Assembly (NCBI GenBank): GCA_965178125.1
Contig: OZ237744.1
Location: 62,001 to 126,000 of the forward strand
DNA: 64,000 nt
Origin: Bilabrum cf. latius
Lineage: Eukaryota
Direction of reading: 5' to 3'
In this document: positions 24,505 through 36,600 of the stretch, piece by piece
Position numbering within the stretch: the first letter of the stretch is position 1
Layout of the letters: each line of letters begins with the position of its first letter
Notes under the pieces: generated by a model
The model's database searches: none
What the model saw: only the letters and a program-made list of their open reading frames with translations
Told to the model about the DNA's origin: nothing
Made by a program: the position numbers and the translations under genes

Positions 24505-24697
24505 TCACGAATCGATTGCTTTCTTTTTCCGGGTTCAACGTTGTTTGTTGCGAGTGATACCGAAAGTCTGGTATAATATCGGAGCGGAGCACGGCGACAG
24601 CTGATGACTCAGTGATGAGGACCACAGGGCCAGATTTGACTGGTTTCGACGAGTGCAGTTTCACCCATAAGTACTATTAATCAAGATCAATCAAAGT

Positions 24698-27600
24698 ATG
24701 CTAGGTAAGATGGATGTTGTCTACACGCTTGCAAATATAGAGGCGAAGTGAAGTGATAACGCCCCGCTTCCCTTGCGCCACAGGAGAGCAATACTTGGAC
24801 TGTTGACGAATAAGGTGCTAAGTTGTCCACTTTTTCCTATATCGTTAATACAGGCAAGAACTAGCAAGGCGGAAATGCTCGCACGTCTCAGGTGGCCCCT
24901 GCTGTTGCATCGAAAGGCTCGAAGTCAGGTAGCTCCAAGGCTAGCACCGCACCGGATGAAGCCGATGTTCGCCGCATTACTGCAGCAAACACGAAAGGTC
25001 AGCACGCAGATATTAACGTTCTTGACTAGATCAAGCTCGGGGGCGGTGCCGGGCTAGGTCTTGATGACGGAGACCAGCAGGAGTCGGCGCTCGACAACTT
25101 CATCAAGTCTTGGAAACAAGGAATTAACGAACTGTTCCATCTTTTGCTTCGGGCGCCTGAAATGAATGGGTGGCTCCAAATTGGGTTGCTGTGCTTGGAG
25201 GCGCTCCAGGTCCTCTCGTTTGCGCTCTCGTACTCGAAGAGTTTGCCGTGGCGAGATACCCCAGCCGTCCGTCCCGTATCTGCCGCGCTGAACGTCTTCA
25301 ACCTGGGAATTCCGGAAGGAACATTTCCATAGAGCGGTAGGCTTGGTATCCTGTATGCCGTGCTGGTCGTTGTGATCCTTGTTGGCATGGCTAGCGTCTG
25401 GCTCGTGCAGCAAGCCACGGCACTCGGGGCCGAGCACCGGGCCAGGCTCGAGAATGGTGCCGTGCTTAAAGTTCTACGCTCGACCATGCAGATCCTCGCC
25501 ATGGGAGCATTCATGCCGATCGTTGGCGTGTTTTTCGACCCCCTCCGCTGCGAGGTCGGCAAGACTTGGAACGGCGGCCCGCACGCCTGCTGGGAGCCGG
25601 TGCACCTCGTCGCCGTGGTGGGCACGCTCCTGTGCCAGATCGTCTTCATTGGATGTGTTGCGCTTTACACTGTTGCTGTCGTGGATAGGAACCCCAAGGC
25701 AAATTCCAACCGGTTCGCCGCGGCGCACGGCAGGTCTCGCCTGATGGTGCTCGGCATCCGGACCATGCTCGTGCTCGTGTTCACCCTCGACCGGGTGGTC
25801 CCCTTCTGGATGCTCATCGCTGTGCTCGCTGCTGCAGGGCTTTCTGAGCTTTATGTAACGGTGACGTACCAGCCGTTCTACCGGCACTCCACCAACCAGT
25901 TTTACGCCGGGATGGCGATCCTAGAGGTGTGGGGAGCCCTCCTGGCGCTCATCGGGATCATGCAGCGCGGCGGCAGCGCGAACTTTCCGGCGGGCGCCGG
26001 CCGGAACCAGGAGAACGACATCGCGTTCATTTTCTATCTCGCCGGGCCGTTCGTGGCGTGGGTGGCTGCCGCGTACCTGAGCTACCGCTTCCGTTCCCTG
26101 GACGGCGAGGTCGAGCTCAGCTCCGTATACCTCGTCGAGCTGAAAGCGCGCCGCATCCTGCAGTCGGCCGGGACGGGATAGCGAGTGGACAAGCGCCTCG
26201 GGTTCAACGGTGGGTCTGCGGGCGATTCGGCCAGCGGCCTTGCCCAGTCGCAGGCCCTTGCCAGCAGCACGGGCTCGGGCGACGAGAGCAGAGGTGGGAT
26301 GGATGGCGTGTCGAACAGCCGGGCGGCGGCAGCCATCGACGAGGCCGAGACACTCCTAGCCGATGCACTGGAATTCTTCCCCAACAACACGATGCTGCAC
26401 GTGTTTGTGCAGATTTTCCTGGCTGCCTATAAGCCCAACAAGCACCTGGAGGCGTCTCACCTGGCTGCTCTCCGCAGCAAGGAGCCGGACTTTGACGAGA
26501 ACTTTGTGGCCTTCCATCGGAGGCAAATCCTGAGCGAGCAGGCCGCCAAGACCATGGGCGGATCCATGAACATCCAGAACCGAGTCCGCTTCGAAGAGTT
26601 CCAGCGCACCGCCGAGGACTACGAGGTAGAGGCCAGGCAGAAGACGATCGACTTCCTCAACCATCTCGTTGCATCCAGCCCGGACATCGGGGTGCTCAAC
26701 ACCTTCTCGAGGGACGTGTTTGACGCCCAGAGCAAGGCCGAAAACGCCTTTGCCCAGCTTCTCTCCATCAATCCGAGGAGCGTAGTGGTCCTCAGGCAGT
26801 ACGCGCAGTTCCTCCTCGAGACGGCCAATCAGCCTATCCGGGCGCAAAAGGTGAGGCCAGCGTTGTACCCGTGCAGCAGCACACCGGAACATGACAATTA
26901 TAGCTGCTATATCTAGAGTAACTCAACCCATGCTTCTCTCTTGTTTTCATGAAACCCATTTGCCGCAGCTGCTGGACGAAGCGGATGCGCTCGAGGATGA
27001 GGCCAGCCGCATGCACCAGGACCACGCTTCCAAGATCGATTTCATGTCACAGGACATCGAGATCGATGTTGCAGCAGAGGGCATGGGCGTGGTGCTTTGC
27101 AGCGACAATCCCTCCAATCTGGGCGAGATCCTGCAGGCCAACCCTGCCGCTATCCGCGCCTACGGTTACACGCGAAAAGAGCTCATCGGCAAGAACGTCG
27201 CGATGCTGTGCCCTGAGCCCATCCAGAGCATGCACGATTCCCACATCCTGAATTACCTTAGGACGGGCAAAGAGACTATCATGAACACGAGCCGTACCCT
27301 CTTCAGCCTCCACCGTGCAGGACACATCTTCCCAGTAGTGCTGGCGTGAGTGCGGTACTCGTCCAGTGCATACCGCGTTCGCTCTCATCTGACCGTATGG
27401 CCGCCCCAACCAGATTGACCACAGCCGCAAGCTTGTTTATCCGTACTTAATACATACCGTCTCGCAGTGTTCGTTCCATGGAAGGAGGCTTCGGTGGCCT
27501 CATCCAGGAGATCCGAGGGGCAGTCGACGGGTTTATCATGCTGCTGGGCAGGACGGGAATCATCACTGGGGCATGCAGCAAGACCATGCAGATGCTCGGC

Positions 27601-30600
27601 TTGCATGGCGACGATATCTCTTCCCTGACAGTGCGATTCGGCGACTTTGTGCCTAGCTGGCGGCAGGACATGAACTAGATGGGCGGGGACTCCAAGACGA
27701 GGTCCTACTTCCGATCCATCATCCACGCCAGGAATAGGCAGAAGAAGAGGCAGGAGAGGAGGAGGCGAATGCAGGGACACTCGTCCAGTGCTGCAGCGCA
27801 GGCCGCCGCTGCTGCTGCTGGGGTGGCTGCTGCAGCCGAGGTAGCCGCTGAGTCGGCAAAGGCGGCTGCAAGTGCCACTGCGGCATCTGCAGCCACCCAG
27901 AAGGCCAGCGAGGTCGTGGCGACGAGCGGCTCAGACCCTGACGAGATCAGCGAGGCGGATCAGGCGCAGAATCAGAGGGATCTGGACTATGAGGCCATCG
28001 CTAAGCTTCGCCGGCTGGGCATTGCTGACAGGCACTTCATCCTGTTTCAGAGGATCAGTAGGACCTTTGTAGGCCATGGGCTGCGCACCATACGCGACCG
28101 GCGCATTGTGGGCGCTTGGGCCACAGCTCGCATGTCACACGTGTCTGGCTCGCATCTGCCGGGTGCCCATGAGAAGGACAACTTGTGCCTAATCAAGTGG
28201 AGGCCTGGACCGTTTCCCAAGAACCATGCTTCACTGATCGGCTCTTCGGACGAGGAGCGTGCTGCCGCAGAGGACACTCCGAACGAAGCAGACGAAGATG
28301 GGGCTAAGCCGGATGGAAAAGCAGTGGTCGAAGCCGGGGGGGATGGTCCTCAGCCAAAAACTAGTGCAGTTGCAGCCACATTTGCTGCAGGGCTGCCCCC
28401 GCTGGAATCTGCCGGCGGTCTGCCCGCCACAGCGGATCCAACAATAGACGGAAGTACCTCGCCCGACACTCGCCGCAGCGAGCAGATGAAAGATGGAGGC
28501 GTGAACGAGGCGTCATCCGTTAGCGTCAACAACGACGGCGGTTCCGTTGACTCCATGGCAAATGCCAATGACGCAGAACAGCCGAATGATGCAAACTCCA
28601 GCGCTGCCGGAGCTGGAGGCGAGCCTGGCGACATTCCGGTGCAGAAGCTCGGCCTGGTTCGTGGACAATCCAATCGCATGTTTAACACGGGCAATGTAAT
28701 GGAGGATAACGGCAGCAAAGACGCGCACAGCACGTCTCAGCAATCCCAGAGCGTTGGACTTGAGGACGACGGAATGGAGCAGTTCATGATCGAAGTCAAG
28801 TCGCAGAGCAAGAGCGCTGGAGGATCCTCCAACACATCGAGCGGGTCAGCAGCTGCTATCCTTCGCAAGACCATCGAGCGCAACTCAGACGTGCTCGAGG
28901 ACAGCCTAAAGTTCCTGTATTACACCCTGCTTGGCATCTTGATCATGATCTGCTGCCTCAACATCGTCTCACTTGGAGTGACGAGGAATCTGCTGAACCG
29001 CCTCAAGAAAGACATGACCAAGGTCACCGAGGCGGGGCGCAGGCAGGTGCTCGGAGCAGAGATTCAGCTCAAGACCTAGGCACTGTTACACATGTCAGAG
29101 GGTGTGCATCTAGTGGGCAGAAGGCGCCTGCAAGACCTGGATCCTATGCAGTCTCCAATCGTGTACGCAGACTACTGGCACGAGAACGCACGAGAGGATG
29201 GGCTTCTGCCAGGCATGACCCCATTGCGCCAGCTTGAGGACACGTCAAGTAACGGGATCGATCGTGACTTCAACTCTACTATCCTGAGCCTCACGAACCG
29301 AGTGACAGAGATGGACCTGACTAGTAGGGGCCTCTACCTTGACTCCAATTCGCCCTCTATCCCACGAGAGAACGATGTGTACGTGGAGCAGTGGTTTGAT
29401 GTGCTTCGCTTCGAGGTGGGAGAGCTTGTGGCGTACCCTAGCAACTTGATGGATGCGTGCTGGGAGTACGTGTTTCGGGCAAGGCAGGCAGCCAAGACGC
29501 CCGAGTCGATGTGGAGTCTCGAAGACCGCAATGTGAGGTTCATCCTCGAGAACAGCCTGTACAACTTCACCGATGCGCTCAATGCATCAACACAGATCAT
29601 CAAGCAGACGACAGAGTTTGTGTTCCGCAACGCATATTCCACAGCAGCTGCGGTGCTTTTCTCTGCCATGGGCGGCGTCTTTGCGATGCTCGTGTTCGTA
29701 CTCTTGCCCATCGCGCGGTATGTGGAGACCATCCGTGACGAGGTGTGGCACCTCTTCCTGGACGTGCCTCTCGTTGTGATGCGCAATATGCGCGCGCAGT
29801 ACCAGAAGCGCCTCGATGTTATTCTGATGCAGCGTGAGGACGCAGACAACCTGGAAGCAGACGTGGGCGACGTGCATTCAGTGGTGCAGGACGACAACGA
29901 GGGCGGCGTAGACTGGGCGAATATCAACCTAAACAAGACCACCACCAATGATCGGAGCTTTCGGAAATCGTGGAACATTTTCATGTACCAGCTGTTTAAG
30001 CTCTCGTGGCCCCTCCTTCTCGCTATGCTGTATTTCGCCCTGTCGTACGTGTGGGTGACCAATACGATCGAGTTCAGCATCGCGGCGAGCAACAGCATCG
30101 TATTTTCTGCATAGCGGGAGGTCCTCGCGTCCCAGATCGACTTCTTTACCGTCGAGTGCGTTGCAGCCCAGACCGACGAGGCGCTATTCCGGTTCAGAGA
30201 CCTGGCCATCCAGTCCGCCGAGGACCTCGAATACGTTGACAAGCTGCTGCTCTATGGCGACTCCTCTCGCGGTGTTCACAGCGCACTCGACGTGTCCGAG
30301 CGGCAGAACACGCTGTTCCTGGACGACGGTTGCATGGGCGCCACGAACGAGAGATACGAGCGTTGCTCCACGTTCTTTGATGGCGTGCTGCGGCAGGGAC
30401 TGCTGCCCGCCTCCCAAGAATTCACTGCTCTCGCTAGGGGAGTGGTGAATGATATTGCCTCGGCTATCGCTGCAAACCAGACGCTGACTCGGGCGGAGAG
30501 GCTGCAAGATTCTAGGCTCAGCTACATCAGGGAATTGGGGTCAGTGCACCTCGGCACCGGCTACAAGCTAGCGACGTACATTACGCACACAGAGGTGGTA

Positions 30601-31188
30601 AACTACATTGACAGTTTCCTGCAGACTCACTTGTTGACCACGATACTGACAATATTGCTCCTGTCTATCGGCTTCATCTTTCTGTACCGCCCGTTGGTAT
30701 TCGAGCTGGACACGGACACCAAGCAGGCAAGGCTCATGCTGCTCATCTTCCCGGAGCGAGTGATCCGCGGCATCGATTCGATCAGGCAGCTGATTGCCAA
30801 GCTGTCTGGCAGGCGGGTGAGGGCCTCGAAATAGTCTCGGTTGCAGAGACGCATGAACAGCGGTGATGCATCCGTGCAGAGCTCAGATGACGAGGGTGCT
30901 ATGGGCCCTGCCAAAAAACAGCTCAAGCAGCATCCTGACAGCCGCACTGCGCGAGAGGATCATTTCGACAAGCAGCTGGAGGAACAGACACGCTCCTCAG
31001 GGGACAAGGGTGGTGCGTCCGCAAGCCGTGGGAGGGGCGCTGCCGCTACCGTGCACGATGTGGAGGATGCAGATCCCAGAGAAGCTCCCCGGGAAGAAAG
31101 GTAGCGGCGGACGCCACTGCGATCGGCACAGCGGTCGCCACGGATGCAGAGCAGAAAGGGGCGTAGTGGTGGAAAGAGAAGGCGGTAA
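24698..31188 (+). CDS. TmcB/TmcC-like (tiny macrocysts) multi-pass membrane protein with PAS domain, ~2033 aa, three introns
   Basis: Micro-exon ATG CTA G at 24698-24704; introns 24705-24853, 26851-26968 and 27346-27467. N-terminal TM bundle (LEALQVLSF, YQPFY), TPR-like segment (LLSINPRSVVVLRQYAQFLLE), PAS motif (NLGEILQANPAAIRAYGYTRKELIGKNVAMLCPEPIQSMHD) and C-terminal TMs (RLMLLIFP). TAG at 24862, 25027, 25330, 26179, 27676, 29077, 30112, 30832 and 31102; ends TAA. Confidence 0.85.
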
Positions 31189-31355
31189 GGCGTGGTGGGG
31201 CCTAGCAGCTGTGTGGTTTGACCTTGATCCTTTGATAAAATCCAATGAATGCAACGTATTGAAAATGACTACAAGGATCCATGATCCATCGGACCAAATC
31301 TGATAGGTTATTGCCTAAGTATAGCAAGCGATCTGTCGAATACCGGGAACCCGGA

Positions 31356-33497
31356 TCATTTAGTTACACTGGCAAGCAACAGCCCTATGCGCTGCGCCAC
31401 GATCTCATCGCTGCCAAGAGGGATCGACTTGAGTACCCTAGTCTCGCTGTCGGCGCTGCTGGACGCACGCCGGATCCCACCCGTGCTATCTCTTTGCAGC
31501 GAGGATTCTTCCTGGTCCGAGTCGGAGTCTGAGTCCGAGTCGGAGGCGAGATCGACCACGTCCTCTGCATCCATGGCAACTTGTCCAAGCTGCTTCGTAA
31601 CTCTACCCGTCGCATTGCTGGCATGCGCATCAAGCGGTGGCTCCATCTCGTAGTCGACCGATGCCGCGGACACAGCCGAGGGCCTGTAGCTGCGCCGGTC
31701 TTGTGGCACTGGCAGGGCATCCGACAGATGCGCGGCAGCAGCTCGAATAGCTCCCTTGATTACTTCGCTTACGCCGGCTTGCGATATCTGTGCGAGTCCA
31801 CCAGACGGGTCACTCGCAACTGTATCTCGCAGGTCCTCCAATAGATCCATCGCTTGGCCAGCACGGTCCCACACGGTCGACTAGTCGGGCGCGCTGTCGC
31901 CCATTGGAACAGTAGCGGCTAATGCTGCCTGATGATTAATTGATGGTGCGCATACCAGCAGGCGGACTAGAGCGCACAGCCAGGTCGCCGGGTCTGGAGC
32001 ACTGCTAAAAGGATATGCCCCCGCTGTTTGCCCAGGGGAAATAGCAGTATCTGTCGAGGCAAGACTGGTGCGATCCTACCCAGTCGTAACTTGATCCGGT
32101 GTCAACTTTGGACCAAGAGCAGCGAGCCAGGCCGGACATGCAGACCCACCCGTAATACCTTTTTCGAAATCTTCTTGTTCAACACTAGCAGCTTTGCTGC
32201 TGGCCATGCTTCTCGCATCGCCATCCATTTCGCCCCCGGCTATCATCGCATGCCGCGCTGGCGCTTTATGGGTCAAATCGTCGCGCGTACGCAGTGGGCG
32301 ATGCGCTACACCAGGAGCTGGATCTCGATCAAGATCAACTGCCGAGCCAGCCTGCCTCCACAACCACATGCCCGACCAAGGGACGCCGAGCGATTGGCTG
32401 AGCTGTTCAATTGCTTCAATTGCGTTTCGGAATGATAGGGACCTTGTCTGCACGAGCTTGCCAGACGCAGTAGTACCCAGCAATATTGGTGCTGTTGCAC
32501 TAGAGCTCGAACTGAGTGGTGCAGCCACTGAGCTTGAGGATGTGGCTGAGTGATTGCCGCGGGAGGCGGCTGCTGAGCTGTCGCCCGACTCATTGCCTTC
32601 CGACCCCATCTACCACGCAACGGGGGCAGATAAATCGTAAATACCTATCTTTTTGAAGCAAGCAGACGCGGCATCGGTTCCGCTTGACGCAGTTGAACCG
32701 TCCACTGGCAGCTTGGGGCTAGGTACGCTCGCACGCGGATGCCCGGCAGCCCGCAGTACATGGCCAGCCGAACCAGCTCCTGCTGGTGCTTCTTCGCCAA
32801 GAACATGCACGACGGACTGCACCCAGTTGGCCTCTCTCCGCACTGTCGCAGCATCAGATCGGGTCGTGACCTGCTTCCCGCCAGCAGAAGTACTCATGGC
32901 CTGGCCGGCCCACAGCTTGCCAAGTGGACCAGATGCTGGCTTCTTCGGCAGTAAATGAGCCGAACGGTCTGTTTGGGACTAGACTAATCTACGTGCTAGT
33001 GAAGCAAGCATGTTCAGCACAATATGTGATGCATCAGACACGCTACCCCTGCTCAAGACCCGCAGGCACGCTCTTGCTCCTCCACAAGCAGCAATCCGCG
33101 CTACCTATGCAGATTCAGCCATGCACATTTCCCAGACACGATTCAATCCAAAGACCCAATTAAAAAGACGAAAAGCTGGAACAACTGCAAGAGCTGCACA
33201 AAGTGTCTGTTGGCAGTACGGCCGCATAGCCAATTGCTCCAAAAGGATACTCGAAACTGCGTGGCTCGGTTGCAGCCCCAGTCTAGCCAGCCCTACAGCA
33301 AACGGTACGTTAATACATCCTGAGCGTCCCAGTCTGCAGCGAACTACCGCTAGGCATGCCTTCACTGCTGCTGGATGCAAGCGTTTCGCTGTCGAAATGC
33401 GACAACCATCGAGGACATCCTCGATACCAGCCTGGACGCCGTCTGCAGGCCTAATTCTGCATTCACCAATGATATCAGCGAGAATCAGCCTGTCCAT
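31356..33497 (-). CDS. Hypothetical protein, ~713 aa
   Basis: Four listed ORFs (33105-33500, 32610-32897, 32076-32609, 31356-31874) share one frame, joined only by TAG (33105, 32979, 32610, 32076, 31881); ends TGA. Start uncertain; no domain recognised. Confidence 0.65.
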
Positions 33498-33681
33498 CAC
33501 TTGCCATTGCTGCTAAATACGGTTGAACTTGTGGAGAGATTCTTGCGACAGGTTGCGACCGGCGGGCCGCCTTTCGCAGATCAACGGACCTTCGCGCGAT
33601 GCGAGGTTTCACAGCAATTTTGCGCAGGTACCAAGCACATTTGGCCTGCAGCTAGAAGCAATTCACTTGTATCATATAAAT

Positions 33682-36600
33682 ATGGCATCCAGATCTGAAA
33701 CGTATATGAAAGGGGTGAGATCGAGTGTACTATTTGATGGTACAAACTCTTCGGGAGAGACTGCCACCAGTTGCCGTTGCCTAGTTTATCAATTTGTACG
33801 CAGCTCGTGGCGAGAAAAGCAGAAGCCGATCTATATGAGAGTCTGCGTCAACATCTTCGAAGAGAAAACATCGTCATTGGGACAGCATCAGCAAGATCCG
33901 ACCCAAGCGGCAGACCACCGCCGATCCGTTTCGAGCACCTCAAAGCCCTTGCCCGGAAGCTGGGTCTCGCCAAGGACGACACAGGATTCTGGAGACGCCA
34001 CAATACATCTTTGTCGCTCGCCCTAGCGCTGGCTAACCACCTTTCTACGAGACAGCAACCAAAAGCAAGACGGAAGCCGGCTCCTCTGTACGCAGGGGCT
34101 TCCCCGCGCCAAGGTCGAGCTCGTTTGCGCCCGTCTGCTGGAGGCGTTTCTGAAGGTACGTTTCGATCTTTGGCGCTCGCAGCAAGCGCGCGCTGAACGT
34201 TTGCACGTGCCCATGTTCATCGTGCGCAGTTGTGCGCTTCCAGCTTGTACGCTTGTTGATTGCTCATTCTCGTATCGCGCAGGTAAGCGAGGTTCTACTT
34301 CCTAGAGAGTTGAATCTCGGCTCGGTTGTAGCTCGGGGGCAGCCGAATCGAAGTCTTAGGGGCCGCAATCGCAGCGGCTCGCGGTTTCGCAGGGATCACC
34401 CACCGGTGGATTCAGGGCTGCGCAGACAGAGGGTATCGGCACGGGAGCTGCGGCCCTGGGCCGCAGCCTGCCCCCCTACCGCACGGGTGACTTGTTCTCC
34501 CAGCGGGGGGACTACTACGAGAGCCTCTTGTACCTCAGCCGGCAGGCACCCGATGCCACAGTGATGGCAGCACGGCTCGCAGAGGCCCAGGCGGCAGAGG
34601 CACTGATCGAGAGGGGAGAGGGAACACAGGATGCGCCCGCCTCCACGCAGCACTACACGCTGGGTGAGAGCACCTTGCAGGCCGTGGAGCGCCGCCGCAG
34701 GGACGCGCGCGGCGCCCAGGGCTCCGAGTTCCGCAGAAGCAAGGGACCAGTGCCGCCCGGAGATAGGGCCGGCCTGTCAGCCTAGATGGGCCACGGCAGC
34801 AGCAGCGCCAGCGGCATCGGAAGGCAAAAGGCCAGCCAGTCCAACATCTCGGCGGCCCTCGCTGCGGCCCGCCGGGAAACAGAGGCACTGACTGCTGAGG
34901 AGGTGCATGCTCTGGACACGCGCGAGGCGGAGAGGGAGGACTCGAGGAGGATCTTCCTCGCGGGACTGGGATACGACCCCATGAGGGCCGCGCAGGAGGC
35001 CAGGGAACAAGGGATCGGAGTCACTCCGGATCGCGTGAATCGGCTCATGGAGAAGGCCGATCCCAGGTTCAACCCCCGCCTGTCCAGCTTCCTGAGGGAC
35101 TTCCACACGGGCCGAGAGGAGGCGGGCATGGCATTCGACCAAGAAACAATGAGCGCCACGGAGAGGCTCCAAGTCGCCGCGGAGATTGCCGCGAAGGCGG
35201 AGCAGGAGGGCACTTCGGGTCGAGTCGCGGGCGAAGACGACTTGGACCCACTGGCTGCTGCAGCCGCTCGGGAGGCCGCTTTGAGGGCGCTTGAGGAGTC
35301 CTCGGCTCCCTATGGTGCTCCCGCCGACTTCGAATTCGAAGAGGGAGAGACCATGCGACCCGGTGGTGGGGCAGGACCAGGGGCGCAAGGTGCTCCTGTT
35401 CCCCCGAGTGACCCCAGCTCTGGCAGGACTCGTCCGATGGGTGCTGCCGCCGCTCGCGGCAGGACTGGGCACGGAGAGCCCCACCAGGGAAGGGACCGCC
35501 AGGCTGCGGGGAACCAGCTGTCGCCTGGTGTTGCTCCCGGCCCCGGGGCCGTCAGCTCTGCAACGCTCGAGGCGGCTCGTAACAACGCCGGCGGCGACGA
35601 GGCACTGGGCCGCCCCAACACAACCGACACCCGCACTGCCTCGCCTGGCACCGCAGACGGTCGTGACTCGGCGGAGAAGGACGACAATCAAGAGAACGAA
35701 GAGGGCGACAGGCGCCTCGCTGGGCTCCTGGCCGGCCTGCGGGGGGAGGACGTGGAGGGTCTCCTGGGCGACATGGGGGGCCAGCTTGGCGCGCAGGACG
35801 CCGCCGATGCCGTGGAGGAGCCAAGCGCGTTGCCGCTCAAGCAGCAGTGCTCTTTGGCCCTGCGAGACATGGCCAGGGCACCTGCAGCCAGGTCCAGCGT
35901 GCTTGCCGAAGGGGCTGCGCGGGCGCTTCTCTCCGCCTTTTAGGACCCTGGCAATGCACGTACGAGGTCCGCGTGTCTCTGGGCACTGGCCATGCTCACG
36001 TGCACGCCACGGGCGCACGACCCGCTCAAGGCGAGAGCTGCTGCGGCGGCAGCAGCTGTTGCGGGGGATGCAGGCAGCGGCAACGGTCCCGCAGAAGTGT
36101 CCGGAGAGGTACTTGAGGTGGTGCCGCAGGTGTGGCATGCCGTGCCTGCAGAGCTCGGACAAGACGAGAACGAAGAGCCTGCCGACCATGACGCGTTCCT
36201 GCCAGGCAGCGCCAGCAGCGGTGCCGGTGGCCTGACCGGTACCCCAATGGCCTACAAGGCCGCTGCAGCCAGCGCGATGGCCGTGGATGATGCCGAAGAA
36301 GACAGGGTGATCGTGCGGACGGCGGGGCCGTACGCCGAGCCTGGCATCGTGTCTGCCCTGTCAGACGCGCTGAGGGGCCGCAGCTCCATCCGAGGCGAGG
36401 TGCGTTGCGTGATCGCTGCCACTCTGCACAACCTGTCGTGCGGTAGGGCAGCTCGGCAGCGCCTGGTCGCTGAGGGCGGCGTACAGGCACTCCTGAGTCT
36501 TCTCCGACCGATCGCAGTGGATTCGGCCAGGAAGGCCGCGGTGTCTCGCGCGAGGACGCTGGCGTCTGGCTCGGGCGGTGCGTTGGGGGGCGAAGGGCCT

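Noticed and set aside
33513-33515. Another TAG-CAG-CAA context upstream of the 31356-33497 gene
   Set aside because: It lies upstream of the likely ATG and the frame is closed by TGA near 33610, so it may be non-coding or a splice acceptor; not counted as evidence.
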